Source of the DNA: a virus | Length of the DNA stretch: 64,000 bases | Direction: 5' to 3' (one strand) | Virus record (IMG/VR): IMGVR_UViG_3300016657_000126 | Coordinates: 24,885-88,884 of that record | Part shown: piece after piece, positions 1 to 7,617 of the stretch | How positions within the stretch are numbered: position 1 is the first letter of the stretch | Layout of the letters: each line of letters opens with the position of its first letter | Made by a program: the position numbers and the translations under genes | Notes under the pieces: generated by a model | What the model saw: only the letters and a program-made list of their open reading frames with translations | Told to the model about the DNA's origin: nothing | Database searches by the model: none

Positions 1-91
1 CAGATGGCCTCCTGCCCGGGCGTGAAGACAGGATCCTTCCAAAGGGCGGAGGGATCAACCGGCGGTATAGGTGAGATCTTGAGTGCTTCGC

Positions 92-463
92 TCATGCGCG
101 AATGGGAATGGTTTTCTTGGCCCACGCGAACAGCTCCGTCATCAGCTGCGTGTGGTGCTTCCATGAATCCTCGCCGCACAGATGCAGGTAGCCGTCTTGC
201 GCGCCGGCGGGCGCGACTCGCTCGCCGAACCAGACGTGGCAGCAACCGTCCCACTTCATGTAGTAGCGCAGGTAGAGCTCCTTGTCCACAGGCCGCCGCT
301 GATCGTCCCAGCCGGTGACTCGGTGCACCTCACCCTCGACGTAGTGCGGGGTCTGCGCCGCCGGCACGCGGATGAACTGCGCGAGCCCATCCTCGACCAC
401 CATCAGGTTTTCGTCCGGAGGTGGGGCAGGCGCCGGCGGCTCGCTGTCGTTACCCGAGAACAC
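92..463 (-). CDS. hypothetical protein
   Basis: ORF on the dominant coding strand, overlaps upstream neighbour; no motif recognised. Confidence 0.7.
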   Translation of the reverse strand: MFSGNDSEPPAPAPPPDENLMVVEDGLAQFIRVPAAQTPHYVEGEVHRVTGWDDQRRPVDKELYLRYYMKWDGCCHVWFGERVAPAGAQDGYLHLCGEDSWKHHTQLMTELFAWAKKTIPIRA

Positions 464-839
464 TGTTCCTCCCGGTCAGGCGTCCGCTCTCGGTCGCGCG
501 ATAGGATCCGCGGCGGTGCAGATCGAACATAAGGTAGAGCGCGGCCTCGCGCTGCGTCTTGCGGACGGCCGCCAAGGTCGGCGTGTGCGCCCCCGTGTGC
601 TGCGACGCCGGAGCCAGCGATACTTCGGCGCGCCAAGAATCGTTGACGAAGCTCCGGAGCGTCACCTCGTAGCTCAGCGACTCGAGCAAGTTGAGCAGCT
701 CTTCCAGCGACCGGTGCTCGTAGGTTGCCGCTGGCTGAAACAGGAAGTCGCGCCACTTGTGCACCAACTTCGGGGCGTGGTCGGTGGTGATGGCGACAGT
801 TGCGTGCTTGGTCAGATCGATCAGGACGTAGGCGGGCAT
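450..839 (-). CDS. hypothetical protein
   Basis: ORF overlapping both neighbours; GC3-rich codons. Confidence 0.7.
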   Translation of the reverse strand: MPAYVLIDLTKHATVAITTDHAPKLVHKWRDFLFQPAATYEHRSLEELLNLLESLSYEVTLRSFVNDSWRAEVSLAPASQHTGAHTPTLAAVRKTQREAALYLMFDLHRRGSYRATESGRLTGRNSVLG

Positions 840-1678
840 TCGGGTGCGGGGATGAGGGCTTGAGTCAGGCGGTTTCCGGCGGTCTCGCCATTCGCGATGG
901 CGCGCTCGACCAGCACGTCGTTGTCGAAGAACGTGCAGAGCTCGTTATCGACCATGCAGAGTCGCTTCAGGATGCCCGCGAAGAACAGCGCCATCTTGTC
1001 GTCGTAGGGCTTGATGGTCCAGGCGGGGCGTGTGTGTTCGCAGGTGGGGTCGTCGGGCGCGGACTTGAGCGGAGACCACAGGTGCAGCTGAGCGCGGGCC
1101 GACGCGTTTATCTGCTCGCGCGTCCATTCGCTCGGCAGCCACCACACCTTCCAGTGGACCTTCTCAATGCCCGGCCGGGTGTGAACCTCGCGGAGCATGT
1201 GGAAGGCCTGGAGACCGAACAGCCCGCCGTCGCGAGCCTCGCGCGCGGAATGGTCGTGCTTGCCGCGGCGCTCCTTCCACGTCCCGTGTTCGGTGTCGGC
1301 CGCCGGATCGCGCCCGCCGGCGGCGATGGAACCGTCGGGGTTCTGCCAGTAGCTGAGCGAAGACACGAACCGATAGACCAGATGCTCGGTCGTGGTGATC
1401 TCGCACTTGTGCAGGTCGTGAAGGAGCTGCCGGGTGGTCTGGACGGCGAGATAGAGCTCGCGCGCCTGGACCTGCCATAGATGCGCGGCGCGCTTCGACA
1501 TCGCGAGCAGGCCCTTGTTCTTCAGCGCTTGGAGGCTGCCATAGACCTCGTTGAACTCCGCCGGCAGGTCGATTGAGAACACGCCCTCGGCGCTGACCTT
1601 GGTCGGCAGCGACCAACCTTTCTTTTCACCTGTGATCTCGTTCTCGAAATGGATGTAGGTGTCGGGAAGCTTAGGCAT
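821..1678 (-). CDS. hypothetical phage protein, probable distant paralog of 8606..9730
   Basis: 285 aa; shares V..EG.F...LP, YRF and a FA.(I/V)LK helix pattern with 8606..9730. Confidence 0.75.
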   Translation of the reverse strand: MPKLPDTYIHFENEITGEKKGWSLPTKVSAEGVFSIDLPAEFNEVYGSLQALKNKGLLAMSKRAAHLWQVQARELYLAVQTTRQLLHDLHKCEITTTEHLVYRFVSSLSYWQNPDGSIAAGGRDPAADTEHGTWKERRGKHDHSAREARDGGLFGLQAFHMLREVHTRPGIEKVHWKVWWLPSEWTREQINASARAQLHLWSPLKSAPDDPTCEHTRPAWTIKPYDDKMALFFAGILKRLCMVDNELCTFFDNDVLVERAIANGETAGNRLTQALIPAPECPPTS

Positions 1679-1952
1679 GGGCGGTAGGTTTTACGGGGAC
1701 CCAAGTCACCTCGGTGGCGTCGTAGGTGGAAAGAACATTCCGCAGCAGGTCCGCCCAGAAGCTGTCCGGCTTTCTGAGATAATCGGCGGTGAACACCGGG
1801 CAAACAGCTTCGTTCCCGGGCAGGATGAAACTGACGCCCCAGCCGCGCACGGCCAGGCACCCAAGGTCGCGCACGTGCAGGAACGATCTCTCGGTGGGCA
1901 TCGCCACCTCGGTGTCCTCGAAGCGCTCGATGTCTTCTTTTTTAGCTATCAT
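1671..1952 (-). CDS. hypothetical protein (93 aa)
   Basis: Start moved to ATG at 1952 (MIAKKEDIERF); the upstream ORF-track extension runs through the non-coding array. Confidence 0.65.
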   Translation of the reverse strand: MIAKKEDIERFEDTEVAMPTERSFLHVRDLGCLAVRGWGVSFILPGNEAVCPVFTADYLRKPDSFWADLLRNVLSTYDATEVTWVPVKPTAHA

Positions 1953-1968
1953 GTGTTTAGAAATTGGT

Positions 1969-1990
1969 GCTCCCCATGACGGAGGGGAGC
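1969..1990 (-). terminator. 7-bp GC stem-loop closing the 3' end of the pentamer array
   Basis: GCTCCCC (1969-1975) pairs with GGGGAGC (1984-1990), 8-nt loop; followed on minus strand by ACCAATTTCT (weak U tract). Confidence 0.5.
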
Positions 1991-2005
1991 GGGCCGACCA
2001 TTTGT

Positions 2006-2258
2006 GCGAAGCATCTCGTGACTCCGCATTGCCGTAGCGAAGCTGTGACAGGCTTTGCCGCAGCTGTGCGGAACGACTCGTAGCTTTGCCTTCGCGGCGC
2101 GCGGAGGCGCCGGGCTCTTCCATGCCGAGGCAGGGCCTCGCCGGACCTTGCTTTGCCGCCGCTACGCGCCGCCGGGCTTAGCCATCGCCGATACGAGCGC
2201 AGAGGTGATGCGCCCCGCAGTGCCGTTGCTAAGCCAAGCATCGAACTGCTGCGCCGTC
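2006..2258 (-). ncRNA. Pentamer-periodic array, block 1 (putative guide-RNA units, VIPR-like)
   Basis: Parses as NNN+GC pentamers with GGC boundaries at plus-strand GCC 2031, 2057, 2088, 2124, 2155, 2181, 2222, 2253 (spacings 26,31,36,31,26,41,31). Confidence 0.8.
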
Positions 2259-2289
2259 GCTGTGTCCGGTATCTAACCCGGCTGCCATG
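2259..2289 (-). repeat. 31-bp direct repeat, copy 1 (array leader)
   Basis: gctgtgtccggtatctaacccggctgccatg, identical to 2603..2633; contains CCGG...CCGG inverted repeat. Confidence 0.95.
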
Positions 2290-2292
2290 TTT

Positions 2293-2602
2293 GCCATCGC
2301 GCCGTTTTGAGGGGCAGGGCATTGAGGTGCCTCCGCGATTCAGTGCTCAGCTTTGCCTTCGCCAGGCATCGCTGCGCAGCTCGAGGGCTCGCCACGCTAC
2401 GCCATCACCGAGGTCTGCTGGGCTGTTCAGTGCCCTGGCATCGCGGTGCGCGGGTGTGCGACGCATTGCGAAGCCGTCGCGACGATACGAAGCGCTTTGA
2501 TGAGCAATGCCATTGCGTGACACGGCCGCGCAGTGCCATGCCTTCGCGACGATACGCTGCGCTTTACCATGCCGTCACGGTGCCCAGGCGAGCTTTGCCT
2601 CT
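2293..2602 (-). ncRNA. Pentamer-periodic array, block 2 (putative guide-RNA units, VIPR-like)
   Basis: GGC boundaries at plus-strand GCC 2293, 2329, 2355, 2401, 2432, 2473, 2509, 2540, 2571, 2597 (spacings 36,26,46,31,41,36,31,31,26); all 50 internal linkers are GC or one substitution from GC (hand count). Confidence 0.8.
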
Positions 2603-2633
2603 GCTGTGTCCGGTATCTAACCCGGCTGCCATG
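2603..2633 (-). repeat. 31-bp direct repeat, copy 2 (array leader)
   Basis: Identical to 2259..2289. Confidence 0.95.
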
Positions 2634-2642
2634 GTTTTGGAA

Positions 2643-2671
2643 TTGAAACAACCGTTCCCTGAATTTAACTT
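2643..2671 (+). promoter_or_regulatory. possible sigma70-type promoter for the HNH gene
   Basis: TTGAAA (2643-2648)-N17-TAACTT (2666-2671) in an AT-rich gap, 10 nt before ATG 2682. Confidence 0.3.
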
Positions 2672-2681
2672 GCTAGGTTAT

Positions 2682-3221
2682 ATGCCCTACACGCCCCGCG
2701 CACCAAAGCAAAAGTTCTCATGCGCGCGCTGTGATAAACCTTTCGAGGTTCTGGCCTATGTAGCGCGCAAAAAACCTTGCCGGTTTTGCTCCACCGAGTG
2801 CTACCACGCCGACAAGAAAGGCCGCTATATCACCGTTCCTTGCACGCAGTGCGGGAAAGAATTCGAATCGGCTAATTGGCAGCGACGGCGCACCAAGATT
2901 GGGGTATTCTGCTCGCATAAGTGCTACGGGCGTTGGCGCAGCGCCAATCTAAAAGGAGCAGCGTGCCCGTGGTATAAAGGGCGCCCGGGAATAAAGCGTT
3001 ACGAGGGTGGTTGGAAACGTGCACGCCAAGCAGCCAAGGAGCGCGACAACTACACCTGCCGTGATTGCGGTGTGCAGCATCCTCCGAAGAGTCGAAAGCT
3101 CGACGTGCACCACATTGTCCCCTACCGGCGATTCAAGATTCCTGAGAATGCGAACCGCCTGGATAACCTGCTGACGCTGTGTCGCCCGTGTCACAACGGG
3201 CGCACGCACAAAAAGACCTAA
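2682..3221 (+). CDS. HNH endonuclease with N-terminal Zn-finger (CxxC...FCSxxC) repeats; probable free-standing homing endonuclease
   Basis: CRDCG...LDVHHIVP...NLLTLCRPCHN HNH core; two CxxCxKxF...FCS.xC repeats; opposite strand to all neighbours; start at ATG 2682. Confidence 0.9.
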   Translation: MPYTPRAPKQKFSCARCDKPFEVLAYVARKKPCRFCSTECYHADKKGRYITVPCTQCGKEFESANWQRRRTKIGVFCSHKCYGRWRSANLKGAACPWYKGRPGIKRYEGGWKRARQAAKERDNYTCRDCGVQHPPKSRKLDVHHIVPYRRFKIPENANRLDNLLTLCRPCHNGRTHKKT

Positions 3222-3925
3222 GTCCTTTCTTCCCAAGAAAATCTACCTTTTCCAGAGTTCCGCCACTGCCCTAGCCCCCTGAGGCGCCCGTAGTTGAGCA
3301 TCTCCTCGATCCACGGCCAGAGGTCCTCGGTGAGGTAGGTGATCTCGAAATCGAGCGTCGATCCCTCGGGCACCGTCTCGCTGCGGGCCAGCGCCACACG
3401 CTCGCCCTGCATCGTCTGGACGCGGAGCGGGCGCTCGCACACGCCGATGAAGCCGCCCTCGGGTAATTGGAAGCGCACCTTGCGCGGCGCCGGGAAGATA
3501 AGGCCGTCGATGTTCTTTTTGTAGGCCTTCACGCCCTTGGACTTCGTGCCTTCGACCACGCGCAGCGCTCCGCACGCATCTTTGAAGAAGCCCTTTAGCA
3601 TATAATCCCAGAACACCGGATGCCCGTGTTTGCGAACGGCCGCGACCTGCGGGTTGAGCACGTCGAGGGCCTTCGTGTCCTTCAGGCACCAGGCCTTGTG
3701 CTGGGCGAGGATCAGCGCCTTGTGCTCGGGTGCGTCGTAGTCGAGGTCGAAGATGCTGGTGCTCGCGTCCTCGATGTGCGCGGCCTGCAGCAGCTCCTCC
3801 TCGCGCGCCTCGTCCGGCACGTCGTTGGCCTTGGTCAGCACGTGCGTGGCGAGCAGGTCTTTGTTGGCGGACTTGGTTCCGAGGAGTTCCTCGATGAGAG
3901 TGATGCGAATCTTTTTGGTGTGCAT
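3218..3925 (-). CDS. stand-alone Cas7/RAMP-family RNA-binding protein (Vipr-like)
   Basis: RAMP hallmarks: N-terminal strand KIRITLIEELLG, PVFWDYMLKGFFKDA (cf. P.IPGSSLKG), RSETVPEGSTLDFEI, C-terminal Gly-rich loop GLGQWRNSGKGRF; no other cas gene in the window. Confidence 0.85.
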   Translation of the reverse strand: MHTKKIRITLIEELLGTKSANKDLLATHVLTKANDVPDEAREEELLQAAHIEDASTSIFDLDYDAPEHKALILAQHKAWCLKDTKALDVLNPQVAAVRKHGHPVFWDYMLKGFFKDACGALRVVEGTKSKGVKAYKKNIDGLIFPAPRKVRFQLPEGGFIGVCERPLRVQTMQGERVALARSETVPEGSTLDFEITYLTEDLWPWIEEMLNYGRLRGLGQWRNSGKGRFSWEERT

Positions 3926-3964
3926 ATCAGAGATGGAATGGAGCGATGATGGTTTCCTTCACGG

Positions 3965-4873
3965 TCAGAGCAGCGTCTTCAGGAACTGTTCAACGGACTG
4001 TGCGCAGCTGCCGAAGCCGCCGACCCAGCGGTAGCCGCGGTCGCCGTAGTGCGTCTTCACCTCGCTGTAGCGCTTGCTGGCGTTGTCGCCGACGAACACC
4101 GCGTCGAGGCCCTTGGGCAGCACGAACGGAAGCTCGACGTGGTCCAGCTGCTGGATGCGCAGGTTGAAGCCCTTCGACACCTCCAGCGCATTGATCTTGT
4201 CCTCGACGTGGCGCAGGTCTCGCTCATAGAGACCGACGATGCCGATGTGGATCTTGGGGCGGTCTTTCTTAGCCACCTTCACCGGCTCCTTCGACTTGAA
4301 GCCCGACACCATCGTCGCCAGGTCCCCCGGGCTTGCGGCCAGCACGATGGAGGCCAGGCGCTCGACGGCGTTGGACACCGCGCGCAGCTTGTCCTGGGAC
4401 TCGGTGGCATACATCGAGGCCAGCTCCATCGCCTCGGGATCCACTCGCTTCAGCAGGGCCGCCTGCGCATTCAGCGACTCGTTGATGCCGGCGATCTCCT
4501 GCCCGAACGCCTGTATGGCCTTGGCCGACTCCACCAGCATCTGCTCGGTGGCCGTGAGGCGGGTCTCGAGGCGCTTCATCCGCTCCTCTTCCTGGACCAG
4601 CCGTCGGCGCTCGAACAGCTGGTCGACGATCGTGGGGATGGGCTTCTCAGTCACCCAGTCGTAGCTTTGGTCGGCGCCGAACTCCAGGACCTCGATGGCC
4701 TGGAGTTCGGTGATGAGCGCTGCGTCGATGTCGAACGAATCGCGCAGGGATTTCAGCTTTGGGTCGGATCCTCTCTGCAGCGAGATCTTCAGGCAGTGCA
4801 GGAATGTCTCGATGTCGGATCGCGTGTCCTGGGGCGACGGAGCCTCGGCAGTTTCGGTGTTCACAGCTGTCAT
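3965..4873 (-). CDS. hypothetical coiled-coil protein
   Basis: Start moved to ATG 4873 (MTAVNTE); central heptad-rich helix. Confidence 0.75.
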   Translation of the reverse strand: MTAVNTETAEAPSPQDTRSDIETFLHCLKISLQRGSDPKLKSLRDSFDIDAALITELQAIEVLEFGADQSYDWVTEKPIPTIVDQLFERRRLVQEEERMKRLETRLTATEQMLVESAKAIQAFGQEIAGINESLNAQAALLKRVDPEAMELASMYATESQDKLRAVSNAVERLASIVLAASPGDLATMVSGFKSKEPVKVAKKDRPKIHIGIVGLYERDLRHVEDKINALEVSKGFNLRIQQLDHVELPFVLPKGLDAVFVGDNASKRYSEVKTHYGDRGYRWVGGFGSCAQSVEQFLKTLL

Positions 4874-5010
4874 AGTTTCTTTTTGTAGGCTTTTCTCCGG
4901 CGCAGGTTCTTCACCGCGCGGTCGAACTCGGCGTTCTCTCTGTCCATCCGATCCAGCTTGTTTTGGTGGATCACCAGTGCGCGCGGCACTTTTGGTTTTG
5001 ATATGCTCAC
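4870..5010 (-). CDS. small basic hypothetical protein (46 aa)
   Basis: MSISKPKVPRAL...KAYKKKL; GTGA and ATGA overlaps with both neighbours; absent from the ORF track. Confidence 0.5.
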   Translation of the reverse strand: MSISKPKVPRALVIHQNKLDRMDRENAEFDRAVKNLRRRKAYKKKL

Positions 5011-5354
5011 GGGTATTTTCTCGGTTTGACGTCGCTGGCGAACATCCACGGGCCGACCTGCACGACGAAGACTCGCCCGTAGTCATCTCCGCTTGTCACC
5101 CGGCTCTCGCGAATGTCCTTCGCGAATTCCTCGGCCGCCTCCCGCGTAGGGAACGGGTGCGCGTTCCATTTCGGGTAGACCAGGTTGAATAGGAACAGCG
5201 GGTGCTCCATGGAGCTGCCTGTGTAGGCCGGCTCCGGGCGCCGAGGGAGATTACACGGCAGGCAGAAACCTTCGCGAAATCCGCTACCGAAGCTGACGTC
5301 CTCGAAGAACGCGCGGAATGCGTCGCCCAGCGCTTCGGCGCTCACTCCAGGCAC
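5007..5354 (-). CDS. hypothetical protein
   Basis: ORF overlapping neighbours on coding strand. Confidence 0.6.
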   Translation of the reverse strand: MPGVSAEALGDAFRAFFEDVSFGSGFREGFCLPCNLPRRPEPAYTGSSMEHPLFLFNLVYPKWNAHPFPTREAAEEFAKDIRESRVTSGDDYGRVFVVQVGPWMFASDVKPRKYP

Positions 5355-5719
5355 TGAAGGAGGTCTTTCATCTGCCAGGCGCGTAGCTTCTCCTTGGACT
5401 CGGGCGAGGCGCGCAGCGGGGTAATCTCCTCTTCCGGCGCGTCATCCGAATCGTCTACTCTGTCGGGGTCTCCGAAAACAGCGTCCCTGGTATGCGCAGC
5501 CATGGCGTCAGGTCCGCGCGCGGTCAGATCGGCGATGTCTTCTTCCAGCGCCTGCGCGTTCACGGCGATGTGATAAGCGCAGTCGCCGTCGTCATCCACG
5601 CGAATGCGCAGGAACGGCCCGTTCTCTCCGAGGTCGAATATGTGGATCAGCTCGTGCGCGCCGACGCTGATAGTGGCGCCGTCTTCCGGCAGAGAACCGA
5701 ACAGCTTGGTGATGTTCAT
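5342..5719 (-). CDS. hypothetical protein
   Basis: Start moved to ATG 5719 (TGATG overlap). Confidence 0.65.
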   Translation of the reverse strand: MNITKLFGSLPEDGATISVGAHELIHIFDLGENGPFLRIRVDDDGDCAYHIAVNAQALEEDIADLTARGPDAMAAHTRDAVFGDPDRVDDSDDAPEEEITPLRASPESKEKLRAWQMKDLLQCLE

Positions 5720-5985
5720 CAGTTCTCCAAATCGATGTAGCCGGCGCCGGCCACTTCCATGTCCTCCTTCACCTGCTCCCAGGCGGCGGCGATCTGCAGC
5801 CATACACTGGTCTGCGCGAGCGTCTCCTCGAAGCGCTCCGGGGTGATCATCGTGCGGTTGGCGTCGCCGTAGGACGTCGCGCACGCGTCGCTGAAGTCTT
5901 CCTTCAGCTGCTCGGCGTTGTGGGAAGCCAACGTGGTGAACACCGACGAGGCGGTGACAAACTTACAGGTCTCGAAACTAAGCAT
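5719..5985 (-). CDS. hypothetical protein
   Basis: ORF overlapping both neighbours. Confidence 0.65.
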   Translation of the reverse strand: MLSFETCKFVTASSVFTTLASHNAEQLKEDFSDACATSYGDANRTMITPERFEETLAQTSVWLQIAAAWEQVKEDMEVAGAGYIDLEN

Positions 5986-6913
5986 GGGAATTGGAACGTG
6001 GTCTGATTACGAACTTCCATCTGATACCTTCGGGCGGCGCGATAGGCGGGATCCATTTCCACGTGCCCCGGACGTTCTTGTAGAACTCGGAGTTGAAGTG
6101 TCGGATGTGCCCGATGCGCCCCTTGAACTCGCGCTTAACGCCCGTCGGCTCGTCTCCTTCAGAGCGCTCGGCGCTCGCCACGCGCGGTAGCGTCCGAACG
6201 TGCCATACATTGCCGTTCGTCGGAGCGCCCTTGCCCCGCGCCAACACGCCAGCGCTCTTCCGCTCCGCGTGGGTATTCAACCGCTTCACACTGTCGCGCA
6301 CCTCGGGCACGGCGGCGAATGCCAGCACCTTCAGCGCCAGCACGGTCATGTAGGACAACGCCGCCGCCTCGTCGGGTGTCAGACCCTCGTCGAAGGGCAT
6401 CACGCGCGGCAGGGTGGCTTCCGACAGAAACTCCCCGCGCATGAGCTCGTCGAGCTTGTGGTCGGGGAAGTTCATGACCACGCCCGCGCGCTCACCAGTA
6501 ACCGGGTGCTCAGGCTGCTGGAGCATCGCCACCGTGACCTTCTGCCCGGACACGTTCTCCTCCGGCGCTATGAGGTGAATGAGCATGTTGGGTAGCGTCG
6601 AATCCTCCCAAGCGATCTCCAGCCTTTGTGCGGGCCACGGAATCGCGCTGAGTGACTCGACGGATATCTTGCTGGCCTCCAGCGCGGCGCTCACCTCCTT
6701 GGACACCATCACCAGGCTGCCGTCAGCCAGCTGCGACGTGGTCATCATGGCGCACAGTCCGGTGGGTCCGCCTAGCGCGGTCATCCGACGGGCCATCGCG
6801 AGGACTTCTTTCACAGGCTTTCCTTTGATCATGTCCACGTAACGCTCGCCGTGTGCGGAAAGCCACGCCAGGTTCTTGCAGAACGATGAGAGATCGGGCC
6901 GTGTGATTGTCAT
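5978..6913 (-). CDS. hypothetical phage protein with C-terminal GHxR...W.WI.P motif
   Basis: 311 aa; KGRIGHIRHF...WKWIPP resembles a recurrent uncharacterised phage C-terminal motif (recalled). Confidence 0.75.
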   Translation of the reverse strand: MTITRPDLSSFCKNLAWLSAHGERYVDMIKGKPVKEVLAMARRMTALGGPTGLCAMMTTSQLADGSLVMVSKEVSAALEASKISVESLSAIPWPAQRLEIAWEDSTLPNMLIHLIAPEENVSGQKVTVAMLQQPEHPVTGERAGVVMNFPDHKLDELMRGEFLSEATLPRVMPFDEGLTPDEAAALSYMTVLALKVLAFAAVPEVRDSVKRLNTHAERKSAGVLARGKGAPTNGNVWHVRTLPRVASAERSEGDEPTGVKREFKGRIGHIRHFNSEFYKNVRGTWKWIPPIAPPEGIRWKFVIRPRSNSHA

Positions 6914-7617
6914 AAGGGTTGAGACGAGTAGGTTGCTGCGGATGTGCGAGCGACTCGCGCGCGAGCCAGGCTCTGTCGAACCTTGGCGCGCCAGTGCGTG
7001 TTTCTTTGAGCCTTCGGGTGTCGCCGGACGGCCGCGTAAATGTCAGTGAGCGAGACCGGCCCGCGGCGCTCCCTGAGGATGCGCACGACGAGTTCGGTCC
7101 AGCTTTCCTCCGCCACGATCAACCAGCTGCGCGGGAAGCGGAGCGGCACGAACTGCCCGGGCAGCTGGCAGGCCTCGAGCGTGTCCAGTTCCTCGGCGCC
7201 GTAGCCGATGAGCACGGACGGCGCGCCGGCGTTGGCCTCGGCCCTGGATCCGTCCGGTAGATGGAAGTGCAGCCGTCCGCGGAGGAACCGCAGGGCATGC
7301 GCACGCTCCCACACGTGGCGGAAGAAGGCGTCGGTCTCCGTGCGGGCGAAGATCAGCGCCACGCCACGACCATGCCGCCACAGGCGTTCGAGCCAGGCGC
7401 CGATCACCGTCTTTTCATACGGTGGATTCAGAAATACGCGCCCGAACCAAGGCAGCGCCAGCCCGTCCTGCGGCAGGCAGTAGCGGGTGGCCGCCGTTGG
7501 CCATGCCGGATGGCCGCAGGGGTCCAGGTCGAAGTGCCCGAGGGCCTCGAGCACCGCCGGCGGTGTCAGCCACGTCTGCGTCTTCGGCAGGGGCGACTGG
7601 TGACCGCCGATGCTCAC
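6910..7617 (-). CDS. phage Dam-type DNA N6-adenine methyltransferase with C-terminal winged-helix-like tail
   Basis: TWLTPP, FDLDPC, VFLNPPY, ALIFARTET; tail SWTELVVRILRERRGPVSLTDIYAAV. Confidence 0.88.
   Translation of the reverse strand: MSIGGHQSPLPKTQTWLTPPAVLEALGHFDLDPCGHPAWPTAATRYCLPQDGLALPWFGRVFLNPPYEKTVIGAWLERLWRHGRGVALIFARTETDAFFRHVWERAHALRFLRGRLHFHLPDGSRAEANAGAPSVLIGYGAEELDTLEACQLPGQFVPLRFPRSWLIVAEESWTELVVRILRERRGPVSLTDIYAAVRRHPKAQRNTHWRAKVRQSLARARVARTSAATYSSQPL

Noticed and set aside
2432-2472. Decoded unit F-N-V-T-R matching sigma70 region 4.2 (YNVTR in the window's rpoD)
   Set aside because: Only 4 of 8 dinucleotides match and the remaining triplets disagree; several other units give similar 4-of-6 matches, so this is chance level.
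2259-2633. Canonical CRISPR array (two 31-bp repeats near a Cas7-like gene)
   Set aside because: Only two repeats, 313 nt apart, the intervening DNA is itself periodic, and no cas1, cas2 or cas6 is present.
1957-2681. ORF-track proteins across the array (1957..2322, 2153..2500, 2427..2651, and the 2307 extension of the HNH)
   Set aside because: Arg/Ala/Cys-rich translations of a 5-nt periodic sequence with no codon structure; treated as non-coding.
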